Shown here: positions 1-8,373 of the stretch, in pieces
How positions within the stretch are numbered: position 1 is the stretch's first letter
Layout of the letters: each line of letters begins with the position of its first letter
Source of the DNA: Spartobacteria bacterium
Lineage (GTDB): Bacteria; Verrucomicrobiota; Verrucomicrobiia; Chthoniobacterales; UBA10450
NCBI GenBank assembly: GCA_039933235.1
Contig: JBDTOL010000141.1
Span: 1-56,406 of the forward strand
Length of the DNA: 56,406 nt
Direction of reading: 5' to 3'
The notes under the pieces: model-generated
Told to the model about the DNA's origin: nothing
The model's input: only the letters and a program-made list of their open reading frames with translations
Databases searched by the model: none
Made by a program: the position numbers and the translations under genes

Positions 1-106
1 GCTCCCGGAAGCCCCCGGGAAATTACAGCCGATAGCCATCGGCTCGGACAGTGTTGTTTGTTTTTGTTCCTCGTTCCGCGGTTGGCAGAACGAAATTCGT
101 TAGTTG

Positions 107-640
107 TCAGGCGGCGGCCTCGGCCGGTCGGCCTTCCTTCTCGGCCTTGGCGTTCAAGAGCCTGGCCAGCGAAGCGGCCGGTTCGTTCAAGGTGCGGACC
201 AGTTTGGTCGCCGGTGCCAGAAGCACCCCGAGGAATTGCCCCAGGAGCACGTCACGGGTCGGCAGATCGGCGAGCGATTCCACCTCTGCGGTCGAGAGCA
301 CGTTCTTGTCGACCACGCCAATCTTGAGCGTGGCGACTTTGAATTCCGCTGCGAAAGCTTTTAGCACCTTGGCCACCGGCGCGACATCCTGGTCACCCGT
401 CACGACCGCGGTCTGGCCGCTCAACTGCTCCGCCACGTCGGGAAGACCGCTCGCGCTCATGGCCCGTTTCAGGAAGCTGTTCTTGACCACGTGCACCTCG
501 GCCCCGGCGGGCGCCAGGCGATTACGCAGCTCGCCGAACTGCTCGACCTTCATGCGCTGGTAATCGGTAACCAGCAGAAACGGCGAGCGATTCAGTTTCT
601 CGGATAGGTCGGAAACGATGTTGGCTTTTTCAGGTCTCAT
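107..640 (-). CDS. rplJ: 50S ribosomal protein L10
   Basis: 177-aa ORF with an L10-type sequence (MRPEKANIVSDLSEKL..., VVKNSFLKRA). It lies 12 nt downstream of rplA on the same strand. Confidence 0.95.
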   Translation of the reverse strand: MRPEKANIVSDLSEKLNRSPFLLVTDYQRMKVEQFGELRNRLAPAGAEVHVVKNSFLKRAMSASGLPDVAEQLSGQTAVVTGDQDVAPVAKVLKAFAAEFKVATLKIGVVDKNVLSTAEVESLADLPTRDVLLGQFLGVLLAPATKLVRTLNEPAASLARLLNAKAEKEGRPAEAAA

Positions 641-652
641 AATGCGAAAAAT

Positions 653-1354
653 TTAGATACTGAGATACGGGGACGGATCGACATGCAGCCCGGGCGTCAT
701 CGTCGCGGCGAGCGTCATGCCCTCAACAAAACGGCCCTTGGCCGTGGCGGGGCGAGCCTTCACGACTGCCTCGATGATCGCCGTTCCGTTCTCGACCAGC
801 TGATTTTCGGCGAAAGAAAATTTTCCCACGGGCACGGCGATGTTGCCGTTCTTGTCGAGCTTGAATTCGACCCGGCCAGCCTTCACTTCAGCGACTGCTT
901 TCGCGGTGTCCTCCGTCACGGTGCCAGTCTTGGGATTGGGCATCAGGCCGCGGGGCCCGAGCACCTTGCCTAGCTTGCGCACTTCCGACATCGCGCCTGG
1001 CGTGGCAATGGCGACATCGAAATCCTGGAAACCTTCCTGGCATTTCTTGATCAGATCCTCGTAACCGACGTATTCCGCGCCGGCGTCCTTCGCGGCCTGC
1101 GCCGCAGCGCCCTGTGCGAAAACGAGCACGCGCACCTGTTTGCCGCTGCCGTGCGGGAGCGGGCAGGTGCCGCGAACCATCTGGTCGGCCTGCTTGGGAT
1201 CGACGCCCAGCCGGAACGACATCGTGACCGTCTGGTCAAACTTGGTCGGCGGCAGCTTCTTGAGGGTGCTGACGGCTTCCGGGAAGCTGTACGACTTGTT
1301 GCGGTCCACCAGCTCGGCGGCCGCACGATAACGTTTGCTGCGATTTTTTTGCAT
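653..1354 (-). CDS. rplA: 50S ribosomal protein L1
   Basis: 233-aa ORF with L1 signatures (FDQTVTMSFRLGVDPKQADQMVRG, KVLGPRGLMPNPKTGTVT). Confidence 0.95.
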   Translation of the reverse strand: MQKNRSKRYRAAAELVDRNKSYSFPEAVSTLKKLPPTKFDQTVTMSFRLGVDPKQADQMVRGTCPLPHGSGKQVRVLVFAQGAAAQAAKDAGAEYVGYEDLIKKCQEGFQDFDVAIATPGAMSEVRKLGKVLGPRGLMPNPKTGTVTEDTAKAVAEVKAGRVEFKLDKNGNIAVPVGKFSFAENQLVENGTAIIEAVVKARPATAKGRFVEGMTLAATMTPGLHVDPSPYLSI

Positions 1355-1496
1355 GATTTTGAAGCAGTGCGAACGCCCGGCACCTGGTCGGCCAAGTGGG
1401 ATAGGGCTCCTGCAGTTGTCCGCCGGATTCAGGTCACCCGAGCGGCGCGGGACGGGGAAGTTAGCGGCGTTTTGCTCCTTGTCAAAAAGGAAGCTC

Positions 1497-2261
1497 CTAC
1501 ATCTGCACGACCGTCAGTTCCGGGCGGCAATTGAAGCGCACCGGATACATGTAAGTGCCGATCCCGACGTTGACGTAGAGCGGTCCGCCTAACGACTCGT
1601 AGCTGCCCTTTTGGTAACGTCCAACCCCGTAGGGCAGGACGAGCGCGCCGTAAAGGGGAAGGCGCACCTGGCCTCCGTGGGAGTGGCCGGCCAGGATCAA
1701 ATCGTAGCGCCGCCCGTCGAGCCGGTCGGCCTGGGTCGGATAATGGATGAGCAGGAGTTGCCGCGCCGCCCGCGGACCGGTCAGCGCATGCACTCCTCGC
1801 AATCCCATCCCGACAATCTCGAGATCGTGCTTCGGCAGGACCACGCTCCGGTCGACCAACCAGCCGCCGCCCGTCGCGTGAAACGCCTTGTAGTATTCGA
1901 TAAAACTGGCGCCGCTCCCGTAATCCCAGTTACCCGGGCAGCCATAGACCGGCCGCTCGATCCGCCGGATGAAGTCAAGCGCCTCCGGCGCGTAGCGTTT
2001 ATCCTCCAGCAGATCGCCGGTGAAGCAGACAAAGTCCGGGGCGAGGTCGTTTATCGTGGCGACGAGCTTACTCGCGAATTCGGCGTCGCCTTTGTAATGC
2101 AAATCGCTGAACTGCACGAAGCGACAGGTTGGCTGCGGGTGGAAATCGAGCTGCGTGATGTGTAGCCAGGTCGGCTCAACGAAACGGCCGTCGAGCCCGG
2201 CCACTGCGGGCAGCGCGACGAGGCCCAGGCCGAGAAACTGCCTCCGGCTCAGATTGCGCAT
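1497..2261 (-). CDS. Tat-exported metallophosphoesterase (calcineurin-like)
   Basis: 254 aa. Twin-arginine signal SRRQFLGLG. Phosphoesterase motifs FSDLHY, GDLLED, GNWDY, GHSHGG. Confidence 0.85.
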   Translation of the reverse strand: MRNLSRRQFLGLGLVALPAVAGLDGRFVEPTWLHITQLDFHPQPTCRFVQFSDLHYKGDAEFASKLVATINDLAPDFVCFTGDLLEDKRYAPEALDFIRRIERPVYGCPGNWDYGSGASFIEYYKAFHATGGGWLVDRSVVLPKHDLEIVGMGLRGVHALTGPRAARQLLLIHYPTQADRLDGRRYDLILAGHSHGGQVRLPLYGALVLPYGVGRYQKGSYESLGGPLYVNVGIGTYMYPVRFNCRPELTVVQM

Positions 2262-2267
2262 CGCTCG

Positions 2268-3308
2268 TTAGTCCGGGAAGGTATAAAGCCGCATGAGCGA
2301 TTTGCCGCTGTCGGTCAGACGCCCGGTGCTGCCACGGCCGGCGAGGTTGCCCCGGGTCAGCTTACGGTAATCGACCGGGCTCGATTTGACGTAGATGAGC
2401 TCAGCCGAACCGACCACGTTACTGCTCGGGGAGAGCCGCAGCGGCACACCGGCGCGGTTGAACGAAATCTCCCAGGCCGCCGGCTTGTCGTTAGGCGCAC
2501 CCTCGATCATCCACGGGTAGCGCTGCGGCAATTGGAAGTCGGGCGAATTAGGCACCACGACTTTGTAGAAGACTTCTTCGCTTTGCAGGAAGGCCGGAAG
2601 GGTGAGCGCGGAATTCCGGCGCAAGGCGAGGAGGAGCCGCGGCAGGTCGATCCCGACGAGGTTGAGACCGTTGTAGATACCGTGACGGTTCGGATCGCTC
2701 CGAAAAAAGGTGTCGTGCCACTGCTCAAAATTGTCGTTGATGAGCAGGTTGAGCTCCACATGAACGTGCGACCGCTCGCGGTTGATCCCGCTCCCGGTGT
2801 GGCCCATGACCGCGAGCTTTTCCCCCTGCCGCACGGGTTGCCCCGTCTCAACCGTGATCGTGCTGAGGTGCGCATAGAGACTGTAATAGGGCGAACCGCC
2901 CCAGCGATGCTCGACCACCACATAGCGCCCATAATTCGAGGCGCCCGCCGCCTGGTTGGTGTAGACCACTTTGCCCTCCGCGATGGCACGCACCTCGTCG
3001 AGCGGTTCGCCGCGCGCGTCACGTTGGAGCGGGCGAATGTCCATCCCTTCATGGAACCGGGTGTAGATCGTTCCGGCTCCCGTTTCGACCGGATCACGGA
3101 CGAAACCGTATTGCCCGCCCTGCCACGGAAAGGAAACGACGCCGTGCTGGTTGCGCTGGATGACCTGGTAGAACTCCGCCCCGTCGCCGCGCAACAGAGC
3201 CTTTTTATCGGTCGGGAGCACGAGGTTGAGCGGCGCATCTTCCGCCCCCGCAAGAACAGTCATGGCGAAATAAAACAGCAGAGCGCCGCTGCGCATCCAA
3301 CGACTCAT
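2268..3308 (-). CDS. M23 family metallopeptidase (secreted)
   Basis: 346 aa with an N-terminal signal-like segment. M23 motifs HEGMDI and HTGSG...SHVHVELN. Its ATG overlaps the stop of the upstream gene (ATGA at 3305-3308). Confidence 0.85.
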   Translation of the reverse strand: MSRWMRSGALLFYFAMTVLAGAEDAPLNLVLPTDKKALLRGDGAEFYQVIQRNQHGVVSFPWQGGQYGFVRDPVETGAGTIYTRFHEGMDIRPLQRDARGEPLDEVRAIAEGKVVYTNQAAGASNYGRYVVVEHRWGGSPYYSLYAHLSTITVETGQPVRQGEKLAVMGHTGSGINRERSHVHVELNLLINDNFEQWHDTFFRSDPNRHGIYNGLNLVGIDLPRLLLALRRNSALTLPAFLQSEEVFYKVVVPNSPDFQLPQRYPWMIEGAPNDKPAAWEISFNRAGVPLRLSPSSNVVGSAELIYVKSSPVDYRKLTRGNLAGRGSTGRLTDSGKSLMRLYTFPD

Positions 3309-3769
3309 TTCTTCTTCCGCCTACCGAGCAATTTCCAATCCTTGTTCATCAACTTGATATCCGACTCGGTCAGGCCGGAAGCGAGATAGATCTTCCCGTC
3401 CGAGACGCGGCGATCCACCTGCAGTTCCGTGATCGGGCGGCCATTGAGGAAAACGAAAAGGTAGGAGCCCCGCCGCTCCACGCTCAGGGTGTCGAGGATG
3501 GTGCGACCGTGATCATCAAGCTGGAGGAGAGCCGCGTAGCTGCCATCCGCGGCCCGGTAGGGATAAAATCCTTTCACGTCGTTCTCACTCAGCCAGGGGG
3601 TCTTTTCGATAAAAACGTCACGGCCGCTGAGCGATCGGATCGGTTGGGCAAAAACCGACCCATCGTTTGCGTTTGCCGCCACGTGGACGCGAAAAGTGCA
3701 ATGGCGCGGACGCGCCTCCACGCCGGCTGCGAGCAGGAGACTGAGCGCGGCGATGAGCAGGGTCCTCAT
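3305..3769 (-). CDS. hypothetical secreted protein
   Basis: The ORF track gives 3305..3838. The internal Met at 3769 starts a clean signal peptide (MRTLLIAALSLLLAAGVEA). No recognisable catalytic motif. Confidence 0.55.
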   Translation of the reverse strand: MRTLLIAALSLLLAAGVEARPRHCTFRVHVAANANDGSVFAQPIRSLSGRDVFIEKTPWLSENDVKGFYPYRAADGSYAALLQLDDHGRTILDTLSVERRGSYLFVFLNGRPITELQVDRRVSDGKIYLASGLTESDIKLMNKDWKLLGRRKKK

Positions 3770-3822
3770 GGCGGATTGATAAAGGGTTTGACAGCTTTTG
3801 CAACGTTGGCCTCTTTGGGCGG

Positions 3823-4335
3823 ATGCGACGAACCTCATTTCTGACTGTGGCGCTCCTCCTCGCGGCAGTCCCGGTTGTGCCGGCGCAGGAGAAGCGCGGC
3901 TGGCTCAGCCGGATGTTTCATCCCTTCAGTTCGTCGGAAAATATTCCGGAATACAAGGATCGCAGGTTGCGCGGTCTGATGCTCGCCGTCGAGCTGCCGG
4001 AAGGCGCGATCAAGCTGACCGAGATGCGCCAGCTGCCGGTCCACATCATCCTGACGAACAAGGGCGATGGGACCGTGGAACTGAGTTTTCCGAGCGAGCA
4101 ACGGATCGAGATCCTGCTCCACGACTCGGCCGGCCGGGTGGTCACGCGCTGGTCGGAGAATCGCGCTTTCGAGGAGCGGCCGGGCCACCTCCTGATTAAT
4201 CCTAACGAGTACGTAGAGTATTCCGAGACGATCGCCACCCGCGAGCTGGAACCAGGCAAAGTCTTCACGGTCGAAGTCGTGGTCCCGGCCTATCCGGAGC
4301 TGGACGCGCAACGAAAATCGATTACGGCTCCGTGA
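3823..4335 (+). CDS. hypothetical secreted protein (small beta-sandwich-like)
   Basis: 170 aa with signal peptide MRRTSFLTVALLLAAVPVVPAQ. Coding-like composition. No motif I can name with confidence. Confidence 0.55.
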   Translation: MRRTSFLTVALLLAAVPVVPAQEKRGWLSRMFHPFSSSENIPEYKDRRLRGLMLAVELPEGAIKLTEMRQLPVHIILTNKGDGTVELSFPSEQRIEILLHDSAGRVVTRWSENRAFEERPGHLLINPNEYVEYSETIATRELEPGKVFTVEVVVPAYPELDAQRKSITAP

Positions 4336-4399
4336 TTAGCCTATTCGCCGGGCGAATCGCACGTTGTGACCGCTTCGCTCGGGAAGCTCGGAGGAGGCA

Positions 4400-5245
4400 A
4401 TGAACGCAGACACGGATCGGATTGGAGACAGCAACACGCCCGCCCGCGCTTCACACGGCGAAGCGGCTACAGTGCTCTTCTCCGATTACCATCTCCATCC
4501 GCAGGGACATCGGCTCCAGCCCTACTCGCAGGAATTGTTGCAACCCTGGGCCGACTATGCACGCCGCATCGGACTGCGCGACATCGCCCTGACCGACCAC
4601 GATCGCTACCATCGCGGCGTGGATTTTGATGAAATTGATCGATTGCGCGCGGCGAACCCCGACCTGAAAATCCGCGCCGGGATCGAGCTCGACAACGATC
4701 CGGTTCACTCCGCGGACGGGCGACGCTGGGTCGAGAAGCATTGGGACCGGCTCGACTTCGTGCTCGGCTCTGTCCATTTCCTGCGCGGAGACTGGGCTTT
4801 CGATCACGCCGGCGAGGAAGCGGAATTCGAGCGGCGCGACATCAATGAAGTCTATGCCGATTACTATGAGCGCATCCGGGCCATGGCGCGGAGCGGCCTG
4901 GTGGATTGCATGTCGCATCTCGACCTGGTGAAGATCTTCGGGTTTCGTCCGACGAACGATTTCGGTGCGACCCTCGACGCTGTTCTCTCCGAGATTCGCG
5001 CGGCCAATCTCGCGCTAGAACTGTCCACTGCCGGCTGGCGCAAACCGGTCGGCGAACTCTATCCCAGCGACGAAATCATCCATCGGGCAAAGGCGATGGA
5101 GATTCCCTTCACGACAGCTTCAGACGGGCATTCGCATGTCCAACAGGGGGAAAGTTTTGAGCGGCTCGGCCAAAAGATGACCGAGCTTGGGGTCCGTGAG
5201 GTGACAGTCTTCGAGCGGCATCAGCGGTGGCTGATCACTTTATAA
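4400..5245 (+). CDS. PHP-family histidinol-phosphatase-like hydrolase (HisJ/HisK type)
   Basis: PHP motifs DYHLHP, LTDHD, GSVHF, SHLDL, ASDGHS. The first 24 codons include a PE-2 palindrome. An in-frame GTG at 4472 (giving MLFSDYHLHP) is an alternative start. Confidence 0.8.
   Translation: MNADTDRIGDSNTPARASHGEAATVLFSDYHLHPQGHRLQPYSQELLQPWADYARRIGLRDIALTDHDRYHRGVDFDEIDRLRAANPDLKIRAGIELDNDPVHSADGRRWVEKHWDRLDFVLGSVHFLRGDWAFDHAGEEAEFERRDINEVYADYYERIRAMARSGLVDCMSHLDLVKIFGFRPTNDFGATLDAVLSEIRAANLALELSTAGWRKPVGELYPSDEIIHRAKAMEIPFTTASDGHSHVQQGESFERLGQKMTELGVREVTVFERHQRWLITL
4445..4472. repeat. PE-2 short palindromic repeat, copy a
   Basis: Sequence cgcgcttcacacggcgaagcggctacag. It is near-identical to the copy at 40215-40242, differing only in the loop. 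Confidence 0.7.
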
Positions 5246-5288
5246 GCAACCCTCCTGTTTCTGCGTTCCGGCGCTCGATCAGGCGCGG

Positions 5289-5864
5289 CTATTTCGTGCG
5301 TTTTAGGTCAGTGATATCTACGAAAGAAGTGACGAGACCGGTCGCATCGCATCGGGCGCACGTGGCGGTCTCTACAGATCGCCGTGGTTGAAAAGCATAA
5401 AACACCAGTCCCATTCCCTGGCAATCCGGGCAGATTTTTTTGTCCGGCGGAATCTCCAGAGTTCGATGACCGACACCCTTGCATACCGGGCAGACGTGTC
5501 TCTCTCTATGCAGCAGATCTTCGCCAGTAACGATGTACTTCTCTCCGCGACAAAGGGTACAAACCACGGTCTTTGGAACGCTCCCGATTGGCTCCAGGGC
5601 AGGTTTATTCACCGCTGCAGCAATGCTGTTGGCGTATGAGGCTATTCTATTACTGAGCCGGCCGATTTTCCGATGCTGCTTTAACGCGAACCCACCCAAC
5701 GCCAGAATACCAAAGCAAAGAAGGAGAACCGTGATTGGCCAGACCCTATGCGACCGGTAAACCAGCTGGACGGGGGGAGAGGGCTCGTCCACTTGCATTC
5801 GACTCAACACAAGACGCGAATACGGCGGACGCTGGGGCAGGAAGTTGCTGCGAATTGAACTCAT
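5289..5864 (-). CDS. membrane-anchored protein with a DnaJ-type cysteine-rich zinc-finger domain
   Basis: 191 aa. One TM segment (WPITVLLLCFGILALGGFAL), followed by four CxxC(x)G units (CTLCRGE, CPVCKGVG, CPDCQGMG, CARCDATG). Confidence 0.6.
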   Translation of the reverse strand: MSSIRSNFLPQRPPYSRLVLSRMQVDEPSPPVQLVYRSHRVWPITVLLLCFGILALGGFALKQHRKIGRLSNRIASYANSIAAAVNKPALEPIGSVPKTVVCTLCRGEKYIVTGEDLLHRERHVCPVCKGVGHRTLEIPPDKKICPDCQGMGLVFYAFQPRRSVETATCARCDATGLVTSFVDITDLKRTK

Positions 5865-6089
5865 GATGATCCGCGCGCAGCTGCGATGAGGGGGTGGCTT
5901 AGAACTTTATCGAACATGGGCAATAAGGTGGCGGGGCTTGGACAAAGGCAGTTGGTACGTTCTGAGCCGTCGGCTCTTCTGAATGGGACCTTCCGCATTT
6001 AGCCGTCATTATCGGACGTTTGGCAAGGTAAAATTGCCTCTGACGCCTAGTGGCCGACCAATGCTCAGTGGCTCCCTAAAGACAGTTTC

Positions 6090-6137
6090 AAAAAAACTGC
6101 CCGATTCCCCCGTTCGAAGTCGTGAGATCGAGGGCAG
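6090..6137 (-). terminator. possible intrinsic terminator downstream of ybaB
   Basis: On the minus strand, CTGCCC...GGGCAG forms a 6-bp stem with a large loop, followed directly by TTTTTTT. A tighter hairpin GGCGAC-ttgc-GTCGCC lies at 6160-6175. Confidence 0.35.
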
Positions 6138-6200
6138 CGCAGGAGAGAAGATTCCGACGGGCGACGCAAGTCGCCGGCCCCCTCCAGTCGCCAGCCCCTC

Positions 6201-6521
6201 CTACAGCCCTAACCCGCCGAGGCCGGGGAGATTCATGCCGCCGGTGATTTTGGACATCTCGCCGCTGGCCATTTCTTTCCCCTGGGTAATGGCCTGCTGG
6301 ACGCCGCTCAGAATGAGGTCTTCCAGGATCTCCACGTCCTCCGGGTCGATGATTTCCCGGGCGATCTTGATCGAGAGGACGTCGCCCGCGCCGTTCGCGA
6401 CGACCGTCACCTTGCCGCCACCCGCGGTCACTTCGACGGTCTTTTCCTCCAGCTCGGCCTGTGTCTTGGCCATTTGTTCCTGCATCTTCTGCGCTTGCTT
6501 CATCAATTTGTTGATATTCAT
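6201..6521 (-). CDS. ybaB: nucleoid-associated protein YbaB/EbfC
   Basis: 106 aa with the typical sequence MNINKLMKQAQKMQEQM...GGGKVTVVANG. It lies immediately downstream of dnaX, the conserved dnaX-ybaB arrangement. Confidence 0.9.
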   Translation of the reverse strand: MNINKLMKQAQKMQEQMAKTQAELEEKTVEVTAGGGKVTVVANGAGDVLSIKIAREIIDPEDVEILEDLILSGVQQAITQGKEMASGEMSKITGGMNLPGLGGLGL

Positions 6522-6526
6522 CGGAG

Positions 6527-8227
6527 TCAGGTGGTGACGGATTTGATTTCGCCTTTGAAAATCTCAAGGGCCTCTTTGATTAATGGATCGTCTTTGAAGG
6601 AATCGAGCGAATTGTCGGACGTCACTTTGGGAGGGGGTGCGGCGCCGTAAACTTCGGTGGCGGGCGCGACCGGGGTGATATTTTCGTCCAAGCTCGGTTT
6701 TATGGTCCAGTCGGTGCCGGTAAGCTCCTTGAGCAGGGCTTCGAGAAAACTGCGGTTGTTAGGGCGGGAGAGCCCTTCCATGATCGTTTTTTCCGAAGGG
6801 GCAAAACCGAGCAGGAGATTGCGACCCTCCGTCCCGAGGTAGTGCGAGGCGTCGATCCAGGTCTTGATCAAGGGACGGCGGGCGTGGCAGAGCTCGACCG
6901 CTTCCTGCCACACGACGGCCATATCCGCGCCTTCGGATCTGCTTTTAGGCGGAGATTTCTCCGGAGCCGAAGCCGAGGCGGACGCGGGATTTGGAACCGG
7001 CGAAGGAGGAGGTGGGGCGGATTTCTTTTCCGCAGCAGGTTTGGGCGCGGGACGGGGGCTGGCCTTCGGGGCCGAAGGAACCGGTGCAGCGCCCCCGCGC
7101 AGGGCGGAGAGGTTTTCGATCACTTCATTGAGCGTGACCTGGCTGAGCGTCTGGATCGCTTTGATCACCGCGACTTCGAAATGCAGCTTCTTGTTCGGCG
7201 CCCATTTCATGCGGCCTTCCGCCTCGGCGAATTGCTCGATCAACTCGAGCAGCCGGTCGGTCTCGATCAGGCCGGCCTCTTCGCCTAACGACGACTGCAG
7301 CTCGGGCGCCGCTTCGTCCGCCAGGGCGTCTGGTTTTACCTTGTAGACGAGCAGGTCGCGCAAATGCGCGATGAGATCGCTCATGAGCTTCATCATCTCC
7401 TTGCCCGCGGCCGCCTGGTCGTCGAGCAGGCCGAGCGCGGCGGAGGTCTCGCCGCGCAGGATCTTTTCCGTGAACCCGGCGATGGCCTGTCCGCTGGTGA
7501 AGCCAAAGACATTCAGGACGTCGCTCTCCGCGACCGTCTCGCCACAAAACGCAACGAGCTGGTCGAGCATCGATTCCGCGTCGCGCAGGCCGCCATCCGC
7601 GCCGCGCGCGATGGCGTGAGCTGCGGCCGGCTCGAGGGTGATCTTCTCCTGCCCCGCGATGTATTGCAGGTGCTGCGCGATGAGATTGGCCGGGATGCGG
7701 TGGAGATCGAACCGCTGACAGCGGCTCAGAATCGTGATCGGCAGCTTGTCGGGCTCCGTCGTAGCCAGGCAAAAAATCACATGCTGCGGGGGCTCCTCAA
7801 GAGTCTTGAGCAAGGCGTTGGCCGCTTCCTTCGTCAGCATGTGCACCTCGTCGACGATGTAGATTTTGTATTTCCCCTTCGCCGGGGCGTAGCGCACGTT
7901 GTCCCGCAACTCGCGGACGTCGTCGATGCCCCGGTTGCTGGCCGCGTCCAGCTCGAGCACGTCGAGACTGTTGCCCGAGGCGATCTCCTTGCAGTTATCG
8001 CACACGCCGCAGGGAGTCGTGGTCGGTCCGTGGATGCAATTGAGCGCCTTGGCCAGGATGCGGGCGGTCGAGGTTTTGCCGGTCCCGCGCGGGCCGACGA
8101 AAAGGTAGGCGTGGGCGAGCCGGTTCTGCTCGACTGCATTCCGCAGCGTGCGCGTCACATGCTCCTGGCCGACGAGGTCGTCGAAGGTCTGCGGCCGGTA
8201 TTTTCGCGCAAAAACCTGGTAGCTCAC
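6527..8227 (-). CDS. dnaX: DNA polymerase III subunit gamma/tau
   Basis: 566 aa. N-terminus YRPQTFDDLVGQEHV, Walker A GPRGTGKTS, DEVHML, zinc module CGVCDNC, and a Pro/Ala-rich linker. Confidence 0.95.
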   Translation of the reverse strand: MSYQVFARKYRPQTFDDLVGQEHVTRTLRNAVEQNRLAHAYLFVGPRGTGKTSTARILAKALNCIHGPTTTPCGVCDNCKEIASGNSLDVLELDAASNRGIDDVRELRDNVRYAPAKGKYKIYIVDEVHMLTKEAANALLKTLEEPPQHVIFCLATTEPDKLPITILSRCQRFDLHRIPANLIAQHLQYIAGQEKITLEPAAAHAIARGADGGLRDAESMLDQLVAFCGETVAESDVLNVFGFTSGQAIAGFTEKILRGETSAALGLLDDQAAAGKEMMKLMSDLIAHLRDLLVYKVKPDALADEAAPELQSSLGEEAGLIETDRLLELIEQFAEAEGRMKWAPNKKLHFEVAVIKAIQTLSQVTLNEVIENLSALRGGAAPVPSAPKASPRPAPKPAAEKKSAPPPPSPVPNPASASASAPEKSPPKSRSEGADMAVVWQEAVELCHARRPLIKTWIDASHYLGTEGRNLLLGFAPSEKTIMEGLSRPNNRSFLEALLKELTGTDWTIKPSLDENITPVAPATEVYGAAPPPKVTSDNSLDSFKDDPLIKEALEIFKGEIKSVTT

Positions 8228-8280
8228 ACGCTCAATCTAGTGCCTCGCTGTGGACGCGGAAACAGAAATTCGAAAAGGCA

Positions 8281-8368
8281 GACAGGATGAACAGGATTTG
8301 TAGGATCTTTTGGAAACGGCATCGCTCTCAACCCTCTTTTAATCCTGCAAAATCCTGTTAATCCTGTC
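8281..8368. promoter_or_regulatory. long imperfect inverted repeat built from AGGAT units in the dnaX / S58-peptidase divergent intergenic region
   Basis: Arms are gacaggatgaacaggatttgtaggatc (8281-8307) and aatcctgcaaaatcctgttaatcctgtc (8341-8368). The reverse complement of the right arm matches the left arm with one indel and a few mismatches. The right arm ends 5 nt before the ATG at 8374. Confidence 0.6.
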
Positions 8369-8373
8369 CCTGC

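Noticed and set aside
1355-1496. Expected rplK (L11) or an L1-binding leader upstream of rplA, and rplL downstream of rplJ.
   Set aside because: No L11-like ORF lies upstream; a phosphoesterase gene is there instead, and I could not identify an L1-binding mimic by eye. rplL, if present, lies beyond the window start. Positions 1-106 contain only small hairpins, for example GCCGAT-agcc-ATCGGC.
5865-6200. A lower-GC 336-nt spacer, together with the dnaX upstream region (8228-8373), examined for SRP RNA (ffs), which often neighbours dnaX-ybaB, or for another ncRNA.
   Set aside because: I could not find the conserved SRP domain IV motif or any convincing long-range pairing. Only terminator-like hairpins are present.
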